In this document: positions 1-10,661 of the stretch, in pieces | How positions within the stretch are numbered: the stretch's first letter is position 1 | Layout: each line of letters begins with the position of its first letter | NCBI GenBank assembly: GCA_043775315.1 | Contig: JAYVSO010000125.1 | Coordinates: forward strand, 78,670 to 142,669 | Reading direction: 5' to 3' | Length of the DNA: 64,000 bases | Origin: Verrucomicrobiota bacterium | GTDB taxonomy: Bacteria; Verrucomicrobiota; Verrucomicrobiia; Limisphaerales; CANJSG01 | The notes under the pieces: model-generated | Database searches by the model: none | What the model saw: the letters and a program-made list of their open reading frames with translations, nothing else | Told to the model about the DNA's origin: nothing | Program-made: the position numbers and the translations under genes

Positions 1-635
1 TGCTGGATAAAGACCCCGCCGTTCGCCGCAACGCGATCCGCGCCCTGCCCGCGAACGAGACCGGACGCCAGATGTTCTTTAGCAGCGCCGTGATCCAAGA
101 CCCGGATCTCATCACCCGCCAGGCTGCCTACGTGAAGCTCGCGGAATTCCCGACCATTCCCGAGATTGAAACAGTCGTGGCCCAGCTTGGGCGGACGCCG
201 GTGAACACGAGCGACGCCTTCTTGAACGATTCGCTCACCCTGCTCGGACGCATCCACAAGGTCACCGGCGTTGGCCAGAACGAGGTGAAGGTCGAAGCGG
301 GCGACGCCAAGCGCGGCGAGGCCCTGTTCTTCACCAGTCCCACGGCCGCCTGCGCCGCCTGCCACACGGTCGGAGGCAAAGGTGGCGACGTAGGACCCAT
401 CCTCGACGGAATCGCCGTCCGCGCGGACAAGGCCTACATCCTCGAAAGCCTCGTGGATCCGAACGCCAAAAAAGCCAAGGGATTCGAGGAGCTTGAGATC
501 TCGCCCATGCCTCCGCTCGGCCTGTTGCTGAAGGAGCAGGAAGTGGCGGACATCCTGGCGTATCTCGCCACGCTCACGACGCCTCCCAAGGACGGCGTGA
601 CGGTTCCGGTGAAGAAGACCAACGCCTTTGAATGA
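1..635 (+). CDS. C-terminal part of a HEAT-repeat / c-type cytochrome domain protein (PVC-type heme-binding CxxCH protein); 5' end lies outside the window
   Basis: Reading frame is open from base 3 (LDKDPAVRRNAIRAL..., HEAT-like) into the ORF 72..635. It has a single CxxCH heme-binding motif (CAACH) followed by a downstream Met (EISPMPP), a cytochrome c fold signature. Confidence 0.7.
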   Translation, partial: LDKDPAVRRNAIRALPANETGRQMFFSSAVIQDPDLITRQAAYVKLAEFPTIPEIETVVAQLGRTPVNTSDAFLNDSLTLLGRIHKVTGVGQNEVKVEAGDAKRGEALFFTSPTAACAACHTVGGKGGDVGPILDGIAVRADKAYILESLVDPNAKKAKGFEELEISPMPPLGLLLKEQEVADILAYLATLTTPPKDGVTVPVKKTNAFE

Positions 636-1246
636 CCATGAAGAAACCATTCACCAAGCTGGGCCTTGTCGCCCTTTTCGGACTGTGGAGCGCGACCGCC
701 TACGCAGCCGACACCTCAAGCCTCGATCAGGCTGGATACATCCGTGACTGGGTCATGCTCGCCCCGATCCCCCTCCCCGATGGCGGGGCCGATCTGCTCC
801 TTCGCGACCAGGTCAAGGATGAGGCTTCCTTGAAACCCAAAGCCGGCGACACGGTCAAGGTCGGCAGCAAGGAACTGGTCTGGAAGAACGTCACCACGGC
901 GACCAATTTCTTCGACTTCAATGCCATCCTGAAATCCATCAACGACCAGTCGGCCGGCTACATGGTCGCCTACCTCGAGTGCGACAAGGACATCCCCGAA
1001 GTGACGATGACCGTGGGCAGCAACGACCAGGCCCGCATCTACTTCAACGGCGTGGACATCTACGCATTCACCGAGGCCCGCACCCTGGAGCTCGACGGGG
1101 ACAAGGGCCGCGTGACCCTGAAGAAGGGCGTCAACGTCATCGTGTTCAAAGTCCACAACGTGCAGAACAGCTGGCAGGGAGCCATGCGCCTGACCGACAA
1201 GTCGGGTGCACCGTTGAAGGACGTCAAGGTCAAGCTGGCCCCTTGA
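632..1246 (+). CDS. Secreted hypothetical protein (signal peptide, beta-rich)
   Basis: ATG overlaps the upstream stop (ATGA). N-terminus is MKKPFTKLGLVALFGLWSATAYA, a signal peptide. No motif recognised. Confidence 0.5.
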   Translation: MTMKKPFTKLGLVALFGLWSATAYAADTSSLDQAGYIRDWVMLAPIPLPDGGADLLLRDQVKDEASLKPKAGDTVKVGSKELVWKNVTTATNFFDFNAILKSINDQSAGYMVAYLECDKDIPEVTMTVGSNDQARIYFNGVDIYAFTEARTLELDGDKGRVTLKKGVNVIVFKVHNVQNSWQGAMRLTDKSGAPLKDVKVKLAP

Positions 1247-1363
1247 GTCCATGCCAGTCTCGACGATCCAGGCACCGGTGATGTCGTCTTCCGATTCAAT
1301 CGACACACAGTCTCCATGACGAACCGGCTGCCCGGATTCCGCGACCAACTACCCGAAACCAAA

Positions 1364-2665
1364 ATGAGAAGCCCCAACTCAAACCCGATCCTAAGAACCG
1401 GCCTGCTCGCCTCCATGCTGCTCGCGGTCGGCCTGCCCGCCCGGTCGGCTGAACTGCCCAGCCTGAAGGAGACGTTCAAGGACTACTTCCAGGTCGGCAC
1501 GGCGTTGAATCGCAGTCAGGCGACCCAGACCGGTGGCGGCCGCCGAAGTCAGGAGCTGACCGACAAGGACGTCGCCCTGGTCAAACACCATTTCAACCAG
1601 GTCGTGTCCGAGAACGACATGAAGTGGGAATCCATCCATCCCCGCACCGGGGCCGATGGCTACAACTTCGGTCCGGCCGACGCGCTCGCGGACTTCGGGC
1701 TCGCCAACAAGATGACGGTCGTCGGCCACACCCTCGTGTGGCACAGCCAGACGCCCAATTGGGTTTTCGCCGGCACCAACCCTCCGCCCGCTTCGGCGAT
1801 CAACACCCCGCCGCCCGCACCTGCGCCCACCGTCGCCACCAACAGCGCCGGCACCAACGCAAACGGCGCACGTCGTCCCGGCTTTGGTCCCGGTTTTGGC
1901 GGCGGCTTCGGCCGCGGCGGGTTCACCGGACCCAGGGCTTCACGCGAGGAACTCCTGGAGCGCATGCGCACCCACATCCACACGGTCGTCGGCCGCTACA
2001 CGGGCAAGGTCAAGGTCTGGGACGTGGTGAACGAAGCCCTTTCCGACAGCGGCACCACCAACGTCCTCCGGAGTTCGCTGTGGTCCGAGATCATCGGCCC
2101 CGACTTCATCGCCAAGGCCTTCCAATACGCCCACGAGGCCGATCCCGCGGCGATCCTCCGCTACAACGACTACGGCCTGGAGAACCCGATGAAGCGCCGC
2201 AAGCTCATCACCATGGTCAGGCAGCTCCAGGAACAAAAGGTGCCCATCCACGCCATCGGTTCGCAGGCCCACATCAACGTCTCCACCACCTTCGAGACGA
2301 TGGACCAGACGCTCGCGGAAATCGCGACCCTCGGCCTGCCCATCCACATCACCGAGCTGGACATCAACACGGCGCAGGGCGGGCAGCGCAGCACCGCCGC
2401 CGATATTTCGGCCAACGCCACCACCACCCAGGGCGGTCTCGTCAGCGACGCCGATAAACGGCTGGCCGATGTCTACGAGGCGGTCTTCCGCGCATTCCTG
2501 AAGCACGACAAATCGATCGACATCGTGACCTTCTGGGGCGTGAACGACGCCGTTTCCTGGCGCGCCCAGGGCAAGCCGCTGATCTTCGACGGCGACAACA
2601 AACCCAAGCCGGCCTTTGACGCCGTGATCCGCGCGGCCACCCCCCAAGCCGCCAAGGTCCAGTAG
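1364..2665 (+). CDS. Glycoside hydrolase family 10 endo-1,4-beta-xylanase (secreted)
   Basis: GH10 signature blocks HTLVWHSQTPNWVF, WDVVNEAL (catalytic acid/base), NDYGLE and ITELDI (nucleophile). Signal peptide follows the ATG at 1364. Unusual Pro/Gly-rich insertion at 1780-1935. Confidence 0.85.
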   Translation: MRSPNSNPILRTGLLASMLLAVGLPARSAELPSLKETFKDYFQVGTALNRSQATQTGGGRRSQELTDKDVALVKHHFNQVVSENDMKWESIHPRTGADGYNFGPADALADFGLANKMTVVGHTLVWHSQTPNWVFAGTNPPPASAINTPPPAPAPTVATNSAGTNANGARRPGFGPGFGGGFGRGGFTGPRASREELLERMRTHIHTVVGRYTGKVKVWDVVNEALSDSGTTNVLRSSLWSEIIGPDFIAKAFQYAHEADPAAILRYNDYGLENPMKRRKLITMVRQLQEQKVPIHAIGSQAHINVSTTFETMDQTLAEIATLGLPIHITELDINTAQGGQRSTAADISANATTTQGGLVSDADKRLADVYEAVFRAFLKHDKSIDIVTFWGVNDAVSWRAQGKPLIFDGDNKPKPAFDAVIRAATPQAAKVQ

Positions 2666-2676
2666 AACGAACGGCC

Positions 2677-3561
2677 ATGAAATCCCTGTCCGGACTCCTG
2701 CTGCTGGCGGCAATGGCGGTTCTCGCGACGACCGGTTGCGTGACCAGCGGTTCCACCTCCGCCGCGACAAACACCCGCTACGTGTTCCTCTGCTTCGGGC
2801 AGTCGAACATGGAGGGCTTCCCCGGCATCGCCGAGGAGGACAAGGGTCCGGTGGACGCACGGTTCCAGATGCTGGCCGCCGTGGACTTCCCCAAGCAGGA
2901 CCGCGTGAAGGGCACTTGGTATCCCGCCGTGCCGCCGCTGTCCCGGCCGTCGGCCGGACTCGGGCCCGTCGACTACTTCGGCCGCACGCTGGTCTCGAAT
3001 CTCCCGCCCCACATCCAGGTCGGCGTCGTCAACGTCTCGATCGGCGGCGGCAAGATCGAGCTGTTCGAGAAAGACTCCTTCCAGGGCTACGTCGCGACAG
3101 CGCCGCGTTGGATGACCAACACCATCGCCACCTACAGCGGCAATCCCTACCAGCACCTCGTCGAGATGGCGAAGCTGGCCCAGAAGGACGGCGTCATCAA
3201 AGGCATCCTCCTCCACCAGGGCGAATCGAACACGAACGACAAGGAATGGCCCAACAAGGTCAAGGCCATCTACGCAAACCTCCTCGCCGATCTCGGCCTG
3301 AAGGCGGAGGACGTGCCCCTGATCGCCGGTGAAGTGGTGAACGCCGACCAGAATGGGGTCTGCGCCGGCATGAACAAGATCATCGCCGATCTGCCCAAGA
3401 CCATTCCGACGGCGCACGTCGTTTCCTCCGCCGGATGCCTTGCCCGGCAGGACCGGTTGCACTTCACCGCCGTCGGCTACCGCGAACTCGGTCGGCGCTA
3501 CGCCGAAAAGTGGCTCGCATCCAGCAGGGTGAGGGCGACGGAGATTAAGGCCGTTCCATGA
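2677..3561 (+). CDS. SASA/DUF303-type carbohydrate esterase (sialate O-acetylesterase-like; probable acetyl-xylan esterase)
   Basis: Signal peptide with lipobox-like TTGC. YVFLCFGQSNMEG motif (GQSNM, SGNH-like DUF303) and C-terminal HFTAVGYRELGRRYA. Confidence 0.8.
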   Translation: MKSLSGLLLLAAMAVLATTGCVTSGSTSAATNTRYVFLCFGQSNMEGFPGIAEEDKGPVDARFQMLAAVDFPKQDRVKGTWYPAVPPLSRPSAGLGPVDYFGRTLVSNLPPHIQVGVVNVSIGGGKIELFEKDSFQGYVATAPRWMTNTIATYSGNPYQHLVEMAKLAQKDGVIKGILLHQGESNTNDKEWPNKVKAIYANLLADLGLKAEDVPLIAGEVVNADQNGVCAGMNKIIADLPKTIPTAHVVSSAGCLARQDRLHFTAVGYRELGRRYAEKWLASSRVRATEIKAVP

Positions 3562-6362
3562 ACGGACCCGCATCATCCCTTGGGTTTTCTTTCCGCAGTT
3601 CTCTGGCGCTTCTCGCGGGTGCGACCGCGTTGCTCGGCAGCCCGGCGTTGAACGCGGCACCGCTCCCGCCGTCGGCGCTGACGTTCATCGACCAGCATTG
3701 CGCGGACTGCCACAACCCCGCCGACAAGGAAGCGGGACTGGACCTCACGAGTCTGGCCTACGACCCCGCCGACGGGGCCAATTTCGCGCGGTGGGTGAAG
3801 GTGCATGACCGCGTGAAGGCCGGCGAGATGCCGCCGAAGAAGAAGACGCGGCCGCAGGCGGCGGGCCTCGATGCGTTCGTGCAGACGATGTCCTCCACCT
3901 TGACCGCTTCCGAGCGGGCCAGGATCGCGAGCGATGGCCGCGCGGTGCAGCGCCGCCTCAACCGCTACGAATACGAAAACGCACTGCGCGATCTGCTGAA
4001 CGTGCCCTGGGCACAGGTGAGGGACAAACTGCCGCTCGAAGGTGAACGCCATGGCTTCAACAAGAGCGGCGAGGCGCTCGACGTTTCGTTCGTGCAGATG
4101 GAGCGTTACCTGGGCGCGGCGGACTACGCGATGCGGCAGGCGATGTCGGCGGCGTTCGAGCGGCCGGCGAAGAGCGTGCGCAAGGTCTACGCGCGCGACG
4201 CCATCGTGGGCTATCAACCGCGCGAGAACGGCACCCTGCCGGACCGCCTTGCCTTCCCTGTGCTCGACTCCCACGCGCAGCCCGAGGTGCGCGCCGGGCG
4301 CGCACCCACCACCAGTCCCGAGACGCGCGAACGCGAGGCCGTGGGGAAAGTGTCCAGCATCTTTAGCGATGCGGGCGGCTACTCCTGGGGCTTCAGTGCC
4401 CCGACTTCCGGCCGCTACCGGATTCGACTGAAAGGCTACAGCGTCTGGGTCAGCGGTGGTGGGATCGGGCGGTGGATGTTTGAAGGGCAAGGAGCGGAAA
4501 AGGCTGCCACCTACTGGCTGCCCGTTTGGCACCGGCCCAACGCCGACGAGATCTGGCCGGGCCGCAACCGCGAGCCCATTGGTTTCTACGCCACGAGTTC
4601 CGGGCAGACCCGTCCAATCGGGGTGGGGGACTTTTCGCCCGACCCATCGGTCGTCGAAATCGAGGCGCAGCTTGCTGGAGGTGAAAGCGTCCGCACCGAC
4701 GCAATGCGCTTCTTCCGCACCCGGGTCAACGGCACCGACGAACAATACGTCAACCCGCTGGCGACCCCGGAGGGAATGCCGGGCTACGCGGTGCAATGGG
4801 TGGAGGTGGAAGGACCGCTGGAGGACCCAGCGCCAACGGCTGGCTACAACCTCCTTTTCGGTGATCTCCCCATGCGTCGCATGGAGGCGGGAAAGGCCGG
4901 TGGAGTGCTGCTGGAGGGCATTTCGTCGGGTGCGTCCGGTAGCGGACGCGGCGGAATTGGCGGCTTCGGTCCCGCCGGGCCGGGCGGTGGACGGGGTGGA
5001 CCGGGTCCGGCCGGTGGGCGAGGCGGGCGCGGTGGCGGGAGTGGCGGCGGCCTGATGGTCGATGTGTTCTCCAAAAGCCCGGAGCAAGACGCGGATCGAC
5101 TGCTGCGCGGCTTCATGCGGACGGCCTATCGGCGGCCGGTGCGCGAAGAGGACGAGCAACGCTTCCTCGGGTTGTTCCAAAAGGAGTTCGCGCAAGGCTC
5201 GGGCTTCGCGCGTTCGATGCTGACGGCCTACACCGGCGTGCTGGCCTCGCCCGGTTATGTGTTCGTCGATGAGTTACCGGGTCGGCTGAACGACATGGCT
5301 CTGGCCACGCGCCTCGCGCTCTTCCTGTGGAACTCCACGCCCGACGCGGCGCTCCGAGCAATGGCCGAGAAAGGCGAACTGCACCGGCCCGAGGTGTTGC
5401 GCGCCGAAACGGAGAGACTGCTCAACGACCCGCGCTCCAGCCGCTTTGTCGAGGCGTTCACGGACTACTGGCTGGACTTGCGGAAGATCGACGACACCTC
5501 GCCCTCCTCGACCATCTACAACGACTACGAGATGGACGACCCGCTCAAGCTCGCGGCGCTCGACGAGACCCGCCTGTTCTTCGCCGAACTCGTGCGCGCC
5601 GACCTACCAGCCCGCAATGTCGTGAACTCCGATTTCACGTTCCTCAACGGCCGCCTCGCCGCGCACTACGCGATTCCCGGAGTCGAAGGCGCGGCCATGC
5701 GTCGGGTGGCGCTTCCCGTGGGCAGCGACCGCGGCGGCCTGATGACGATGGCCAGCGTGCTGAAGGTCACGGCCAACGGCACGACAACCTCGCCCGTGCT
5801 TCGCGGCCACTGGATTACCGAGCGTGTGCTGGGAGTCGAAATCCAGCCGCCACCGGCGGGCGTCAAGGCCGTCGAGCCCGACATTCGCGGCGCGGTCACC
5901 ATCCGCCAGCAGCTTGCCAAGCACCGCGAGGATCCGAGCTGCGCCTCGTGCCACATTAAGATGGATCCGCCTGGCTTCGCGCTGGAGAACTACGACGTGA
6001 TGGGCGGCCGCCGCGACCGCTACCGGGCGGTGGCCGACACTGTTCCGCCCGTGCGCGGCTTCGGCATGAGCGGGCAGGCCTTCGCCTTTCATTACGGCCT
6101 CCCGGTGGACCCGGCGGGCGAACTGCCCGACGGCCGGCCGTTCAAGAACGTGATCGAGTTCAAGGCTCTCGTGCTCAAGGACGAGGTGACCGTCGCCCGC
6201 AATCTTGGAAAGCAGCTCCTGACCTTTGCCACCGGCGCTCCCGTGGGTTTCGCCGACCGCCCGGTGTTGGAGAAAATTCTTCAAAACGCCGCCCCAGGTC
6301 AGTTCGGTGTCCGCACGCTCGTCCACGAAATTGTGCAGAGCGGTTTGTTTCAGAACAAATGA
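3558..6362 (+). CDS. DUF1592/DUF1595/DUF1587/DUF1588/DUF1585 multidomain protein with N-terminal PSCyt (CxxCH) domain
   Basis: Signal peptide. [19 protein letters not shown] heme-binding motif typical of the Planctomycetes cytochrome domain. ~930 aa, followed by a DUF1552 partner. Gly/Arg-rich insert at ~4920-5060. Confidence 0.8.
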   Translation: MNGPASSLGFSFRSSLALLAGATALLGSPALNAAPLPPSALTFIDQHCADCHNPADKEAGLDLTSLAYDPADGANFARWVKVHDRVKAGEMPPKKKTRPQAAGLDAFVQTMSSTLTASERARIASDGRAVQRRLNRYEYENALRDLLNVPWAQVRDKLPLEGERHGFNKSGEALDVSFVQMERYLGAADYAMRQAMSAAFERPAKSVRKVYARDAIVGYQPRENGTLPDRLAFPVLDSHAQPEVRAGRAPTTSPETREREAVGKVSSIFSDAGGYSWGFSAPTSGRYRIRLKGYSVWVSGGGIGRWMFEGQGAEKAATYWLPVWHRPNADEIWPGRNREPIGFYATSSGQTRPIGVGDFSPDPSVVEIEAQLAGGESVRTDAMRFFRTRVNGTDEQYVNPLATPEGMPGYAVQWVEVEGPLEDPAPTAGYNLLFGDLPMRRMEAGKAGGVLLEGISSGASGSGRGGIGGFGPAGPGGGRGGPGPAGGRGGRGGGSGGGLMVDVFSKSPEQDADRLLRGFMRTAYRRPVREEDEQRFLGLFQKEFAQGSGFARSMLTAYTGVLASPGYVFVDELPGRLNDMALATRLALFLWNSTPDAALRAMAEKGELHRPEVLRAETERLLNDPRSSRFVEAFTDYWLDLRKIDDTSPSSTIYNDYEMDDPLKLAALDETRLFFAELVRADLPARNVVNSDFTFLNGRLAAHYAIPGVEGAAMRRVALPVGSDRGGLMTMASVLKVTANGTTTSPVLRGHWITERVLGVEIQPPPAGVKAVEPDIRGAVTIRQQLAKHREDPSCASCHIKMDPPGFALENYDVMGGRRDRYRAVADTVPPVRGFGMSGQAFAFHYGLPVDPAGELPDGRPFKNVIEFKALVLKDEVTVARNLGKQLLTFATGAPVGFADRPVLEKILQNAAPGQFGVRTLVHEIVQSGLFQNK

Positions 6363-6369
6363 TCCTGCC

Positions 6370-7722
6370 ATGAGCAAAAATTTTCCGACGGCCCAGGCCC
6401 CGTTCATCGTCACCCGCCGGGCCATATCACGCCGGCGCTTCCTCCAGGGCGCGGGCGTCGCGCTCTCGCTGCCTCTGCTCGACGCGATGCTGCCGCCGTT
6501 TGCCCGCGCGGCCACCGGTTCGTCGCCGATTCAGCCGGGCGCGAAGCCGCGCCGGATGTTTGGCATCTGCAACAATCTCGGCCTGCGGCCCGACCTGTTT
6601 TTCCCCAAGGACAGCGGCCCGAACTACACGGCCTCCCCCTACTTGAAGCTCCTGCAGGAGCACCGCCAGGAGTTCACGGTGTTCAGCGGCGTGTCCCACC
6701 CGAACGTCGATGGCGGGCACCCGGCCGACATCGCGTTCCTCACAGCCGCACCGCACCCGGCGAGCAGTTCGTTTCGCAACACGATCTCGCTCGATCAGCA
6801 GATCGCCGAACGCATCGGCACGCTCACGCGCTTCCCCTCGCTCACGCTCGCGGTCAACGGCGGCGGGCGCGGCCTCTCGTGGACGGGAACCGGTGTCGCC
6901 ATCCCGCCCGAGCAGAGCGCCGCCGAGGTGTTCAATCAGCTTTTCCTCCAAGGCACGCCCGAGCAGGTGCAGGCGCAAATCCGCAAGCTCGACACCGGCC
7001 GCAGCATCCTCGACGCGGTGGGTGAGCAGACCAGGGACTTCCAGCGCGGGCTCGGCGCGCGAGACCGGAGCCGGCTCGAACAGTATTTCACCAGCGTGCG
7101 CGATCTGGAGCACCGGTTGCAGGAGTCGAAGGGCTGGGAGAGCAAACCGAAGCCCGTCGTCAACGTCGCGCCGCCCGCGGACCCGACCAACCCCGCGCAA
7201 TACATGGCGAAGATGAAGGCGATGTATGACCTCGTGCGCCTGGCATTCGAGACCGACTCGACGCGCGCCGTCACCCTGATGCTCAACAGCGTCGGCACGC
7301 CGGTCATCTCCGACACGGGCGAGACCCTGACCGACAGTTACCACAACCTCTCGCACCACGGAAAGGCCGACGAGAAACTCTCGCAGCTCAGGATCATCGA
7401 CGAGGGCCACATGAAGCTGCTCGCGGGCCTGTTCCACGACCTCAAGTCCGTCCGCGAAGGCGAAGACACGCTGCTGGATCGCACCATGGTTCTCTTCGGC
7501 TCCAACCTTGGCGACGCCAACGCGCACTCGACGACCAACATGCCCACGATCTTCGCCGGTGGCGGCTTCCGCCACGGCCAGCACCTGTCGCTCGATCCGG
7601 GCGGAATCTATCCACTGCCCAACCTCTTTGTCTCGATGCTCCAACGCATGGGTTTCGAGGATGAGAAGTTCGCTTCCTCGACCGGCACGATGCGCGGCCT
7701 CGAAGCGAAAGGCTCCGCATGA
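6370..7722 (+). CDS. DUF1552 domain protein with Tat signal (partner of DUF1592 protein)
   Basis: N-terminus [24 protein letters not shown] is a twin-arginine signal. ~450 aa. Starts 8 nt after the DUF1592 stop. Conserved [12 protein letters not shown] and [12 protein letters not shown] blocks typical of this family. Confidence 0.8.
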   Translation: MSKNFPTAQAPFIVTRRAISRRRFLQGAGVALSLPLLDAMLPPFARAATGSSPIQPGAKPRRMFGICNNLGLRPDLFFPKDSGPNYTASPYLKLLQEHRQEFTVFSGVSHPNVDGGHPADIAFLTAAPHPASSSFRNTISLDQQIAERIGTLTRFPSLTLAVNGGGRGLSWTGTGVAIPPEQSAAEVFNQLFLQGTPEQVQAQIRKLDTGRSILDAVGEQTRDFQRGLGARDRSRLEQYFTSVRDLEHRLQESKGWESKPKPVVNVAPPADPTNPAQYMAKMKAMYDLVRLAFETDSTRAVTLMLNSVGTPVISDTGETLTDSYHNLSHHGKADEKLSQLRIIDEGHMKLLAGLFHDLKSVREGEDTLLDRTMVLFGSNLGDANAHSTTNMPTIFAGGGFRHGQHLSLDPGGIYPLPNLFVSMLQRMGFEDEKFASSTGTMRGLEAKGSA

Positions 7723-8393
7723 GGCCGATGCTTCCTCGGACGAATTCCTCCGGCGCCGCCATGTGTTCCCGCGCCGCAATCTTTCTCGGCGCCGTGGTGT
7801 CCGCCGTCTGCATCGCCGGCACCACATTCACCCCTGCGCCCGGCCCGCTCGCCTCGCCAGCCGCCATCGCGGCGATCCTCGCCGCCGTGCCGCCGCCCGC
7901 CGAGGGCGAGACTGTTGTGGACTTTGAGAAGGCGGAGATCGGGACGCCCTTGACGAAATGGGAAGAAAAAGGCGTGACCTTCGAACTCGCCGGCCCACTC
8001 AAACGCACCCCAGCGGCGAAACCCCGTGTGATGTTTTTTCCGCACCTCGCCACCGGGCACAAGGGCATCCTCAATGCCATGTCCACCGATCAGGCCGTGC
8101 CGCTCAAGATGACGTTGCCGGGTGCCGGCGCGTCTTCGGTCACGCTTGTGCTCTGGGGTTCGACCGGCTGCCCGGCTGTCGTCGAGGCCTTTGATCAGGA
8201 AGGAAAACTCCTCGATAAAAAATCCGTCGAAGCCATCCCCGGTCGCAAGGCTCCCGGCGAGCCCGTTCCTTTCTGCATGCTCACGGTTCAAGGCTCGTCG
8301 ATCGCCTACGTCAATCTCAGCGGCCCGCGCAACGGCGAATTTTTGGCGGCGGACGAAGTGCGGTTCGTGCCTTCAGCGAAGAGCCAGAAATGA
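7719..8393 (+). CDS. Secreted hypothetical protein translationally coupled to DUF1552 gene
   Basis: ATGA overlap with the upstream stop. Hydrophobic N-terminal signal. No recognised domain. Confidence 0.45.
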   Translation: MRPMLPRTNSSGAAMCSRAAIFLGAVVSAVCIAGTTFTPAPGPLASPAAIAAILAAVPPPAEGETVVDFEKAEIGTPLTKWEEKGVTFELAGPLKRTPAAKPRVMFFPHLATGHKGILNAMSTDQAVPLKMTLPGAGASSVTLVLWGSTGCPAVVEAFDQEGKLLDKKSVEAIPGRKAPGEPVPFCMLTVQGSSIAYVNLSGPRNGEFLAADEVRFVPSAKSQK

Positions 8394-8458
8394 GACCCCA
8401 TCACCCCAATCCACAGGTGTGTGCTGAACAACTTCGTGCAACAACCAGGGCAATTCCC

Positions 8459-9313
8459 ATGAAAAACCTCTCTTTGCTGCTGCTCCTTGCAGTGGCCCTC
8501 ACGTTCGGATCGTCCGCGTTCGCCGAGCCAGACCCGAATTTCCACATCTACCTCTGCTTCGGCCAATCGAACATGGAGAGCGGAGGCAAAATGGAGGACA
8601 TGGACCGGACGGTGGACAAGCGCTTCCAGGTCATGGCCGACGCCGACTCCACCAACCGGGGCTGGAAAAAAGGCGCCTGGTATGAAGCCGTCCCGCCGCT
8701 GGCGGCGAAAGGCAACGGCATCTGCATGGTCGACTATTTCGGCAGAACGATGGTCGCCAACCTGCCGGAGAAAATCCGTGTGGGCGTGATCAAGGTGTCC
8801 GTTCCAGGCGCCAAGATCGAGCTGTTCGAAAAGAACACCTACACCAACTATTCTGCCACCGCCGCAGGTTGGATGCAGAACCACATCAAGCGATACGACA
8901 GCAACCCCTACCAGTTTCTCGTCGAGATGGCCCGCGCGGCGCAGAAGAAGGGCGTGATCAAAGGAATCCTCCTGCATCAGGGTGAATCCAACCCGGGCGA
9001 CAAGGAATGGCCCAACAAGGTGAAGGGCATCTACGACAACCTGATTAAGGACTTGAACCTTAGGTCCGGGGAAGTGCCGCTGCTGGCAGGCGAGACCGTG
9101 AACGCGGATCAGGGCGGAAAAAGCGCCGGATTCAACACGATCATGGCCGAACTGCCGAAGACGTTGCCGAATTCCCATGTCGTCTCATCGGCCGGTTGCT
9201 CCTGCCACCCGGACAAGCTGCATTTCAATGCGGCGGGTTCGAGGGAGTTCGGCAAGCGCTACAGCGAGAGGATGCTTTCCGTGCTGGGCTACAAGGTCAC
9301 CGACCCCAAATGA
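8459..9313 (+). CDS. SASA/DUF303-type carbohydrate esterase, paralog of 2677..3561
   Basis: MKNLSLLLLLAVALTFGSSAFA signal peptide, HIYLCFGQSNMESG and GILLHQGESN. Collinear and ~50% identical to the esterase at 2677..3561. Confidence 0.8.
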   Translation: MKNLSLLLLLAVALTFGSSAFAEPDPNFHIYLCFGQSNMESGGKMEDMDRTVDKRFQVMADADSTNRGWKKGAWYEAVPPLAAKGNGICMVDYFGRTMVANLPEKIRVGVIKVSVPGAKIELFEKNTYTNYSATAAGWMQNHIKRYDSNPYQFLVEMARAAQKKGVIKGILLHQGESNPGDKEWPNKVKGIYDNLIKDLNLRSGEVPLLAGETVNADQGGKSAGFNTIMAELPKTLPNSHVVSSAGCSCHPDKLHFNAAGSREFGKRYSERMLSVLGYKVTDPK

Positions 9314-9597
9314 CGAAGCACCGGACGGTTCGCCCCATGAAATCCTTCCTCCCTCATAGCCGGCTACCCTGAACCGCACGCGCCGGGTCGCGAGACCGGG
9401 CGGTTCATAGCGGTGTGGGGCTGACTAGATATCGTGGACAAGGCGAGGGGCAAGGGGGGGCGAGAAAGCGATCACAAGAGCCCAGTCACCGACTACGTGG
9501 ATGAATGCCCGTCACTAACAGACGGGGACGCTCCAGCTCTATTTCAATCAGCCCGACCGAACGGCCAATTTCCAGTAAGCTACGCCGCCTGTTCGAC

Positions 9598-10308
9598 TCA
9601 AGCGGCCTTGGCCGCGGACTTGGCCTGAAGCGCCGCGATCATGCTCTCGAAGATGAAGCGTCCGTCGGTCGTGCCGAGTAGGGCTTCGCTGGCGCGGTCG
9701 GGATGCGGCATGAGGCCGGCCACGTTGAAACGGTCGTTGGCGATGCCGGCGATGTTCTGGATGGAACCGTTCGGGTTGGCCGACTCGGTCACCGCGCCGT
9801 TCGCATCACAGTATTGCCAGAGGATCTGGCGGTTCGCCTTGAGCTTGGCCAGCGTCTCGGCGTCGGCGAAGTAGCAGCCCTCACCATGCGCGATGGGAAT
9901 CATCAGCGGCTTGCCGGCGGGGATCTTCGAGGTGAAGGCGGTGCCGAAGTTGTCGGTCTTGATGAAGACCTGCTCGCAGCGGAACTGGAGGTCGCGGTTG
10001 CGGATGAGCGCGCCAGGAAGCAGGCCGGCTTCGCAGAGGATCTGGAAGCCGTTGCAGATGCCGAGGACCATTCCGCCGTTGTCGGCGAACTGCTTCACGG
10101 CCTGCATCACCGGGCTGAACCGCGCGATGGCGCCGCAACGGAGATGATCGCCGTAGCTGAATCCGCCGGGAACGATGACGGCGTCGACAGCGCCGAGGCT
10201 CGTGTCCTTGTGCCAGACGAGCCCGGCATCGTGGCCGAAGACGCGGACTGCATGGACGCAATCCTGATCGCAGTTGGAGGCGGGAAATTGGAGGACGGCG
10301 AAGTTCAT
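9598..10308 (-). CDS. purQ: Phosphoribosylformylglycinamidine synthase subunit PurQ (glutaminase)
   Basis: Class I glutamine amidotransferase motifs GICNGFQIL (catalytic Cys), HGEG and MPHPDR. ~236 aa. Immediately downstream of purS. Confidence 0.9.
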   Translation of the reverse strand: MNFAVLQFPASNCDQDCVHAVRVFGHDAGLVWHKDTSLGAVDAVIVPGGFSYGDHLRCGAIARFSPVMQAVKQFADNGGMVLGICNGFQILCEAGLLPGALIRNRDLQFRCEQVFIKTDNFGTAFTSKIPAGKPLMIPIAHGEGCYFADAETLAKLKANRQILWQYCDANGAVTESANPNGSIQNIAGIANDRFNVAGLMPHPDRASEALLGTTDGRFIFESMIAALQAKSAAKAA

Positions 10309-10310
10309 GG

Positions 10311-10556
10311 TCAGTCGACGATCTCGAGCCGGTAGTCCTCGATGACGGGGTTGCTCAGGAACTTGTGGGCCGCATCGTTCAAAGCCTTGGTCGCGGCGGC
10401 CTTGTCGGTGCCCGCAGCCAGGTCGATCTCGATGTATTTGCCAACGTGGACGCCGGTGACGCCCTTGTAGCCCATGTGGTCGAGGGCGTTCTGGACGGTT
10501 TTCCCCTGAGGATCGAGGACGGCTTTCTTCGGAGTGATGATGATCTTCGCTTTCAT
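10311..10556 (-). CDS. purS: Phosphoribosylformylglycinamidine synthase subunit PurS
   Basis: 81-aa protein [33 protein letters not shown]...EDYRLEIVD, typical PurS. ATG confirmed at 10554-10556 (minus). The long ORF 10311..11696 is an artefactual upstream extension. Confidence 0.85.
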   Translation of the reverse strand: MKAKIIITPKKAVLDPQGKTVQNALDHMGYKGVTGVHVGKYIEIDLAAGTDKAAATKALNDAAHKFLSNPVIEDYRLEIVD

Positions 10557-10661
10557 GGTCGTCGGGCGGGGCCCTGCTTCAGAAAGGCGATGTTGGGAAA
10601 GGCGGCCCGAACTCGCGAGCGAATTTTCCCTGCATCCAGTCGCATCCAGCCGGCGTAGAAT

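Noticed and set aside
3573-5195. Long antisense ORFs opposite real genes (for example 3573..5195-, 25914..28412+, 42916..45612-, 43575..45500-, 49023..52919-, 53968..58068+, 60760..61971-)
   Set aside because: GC-rich DNA yields long stop-free shadow frames. Their translations are Arg/Ala/Gly/Pro-rich low complexity with no motifs, whereas the opposite strand carries clear conserved domains.
9314-9597. Possible terminator hairpin CCGGGTCGCGAGACCGGG between the esterase and purQ
   Set aside because: The stem has a mismatch and there is no U-tract. Too weak to call.
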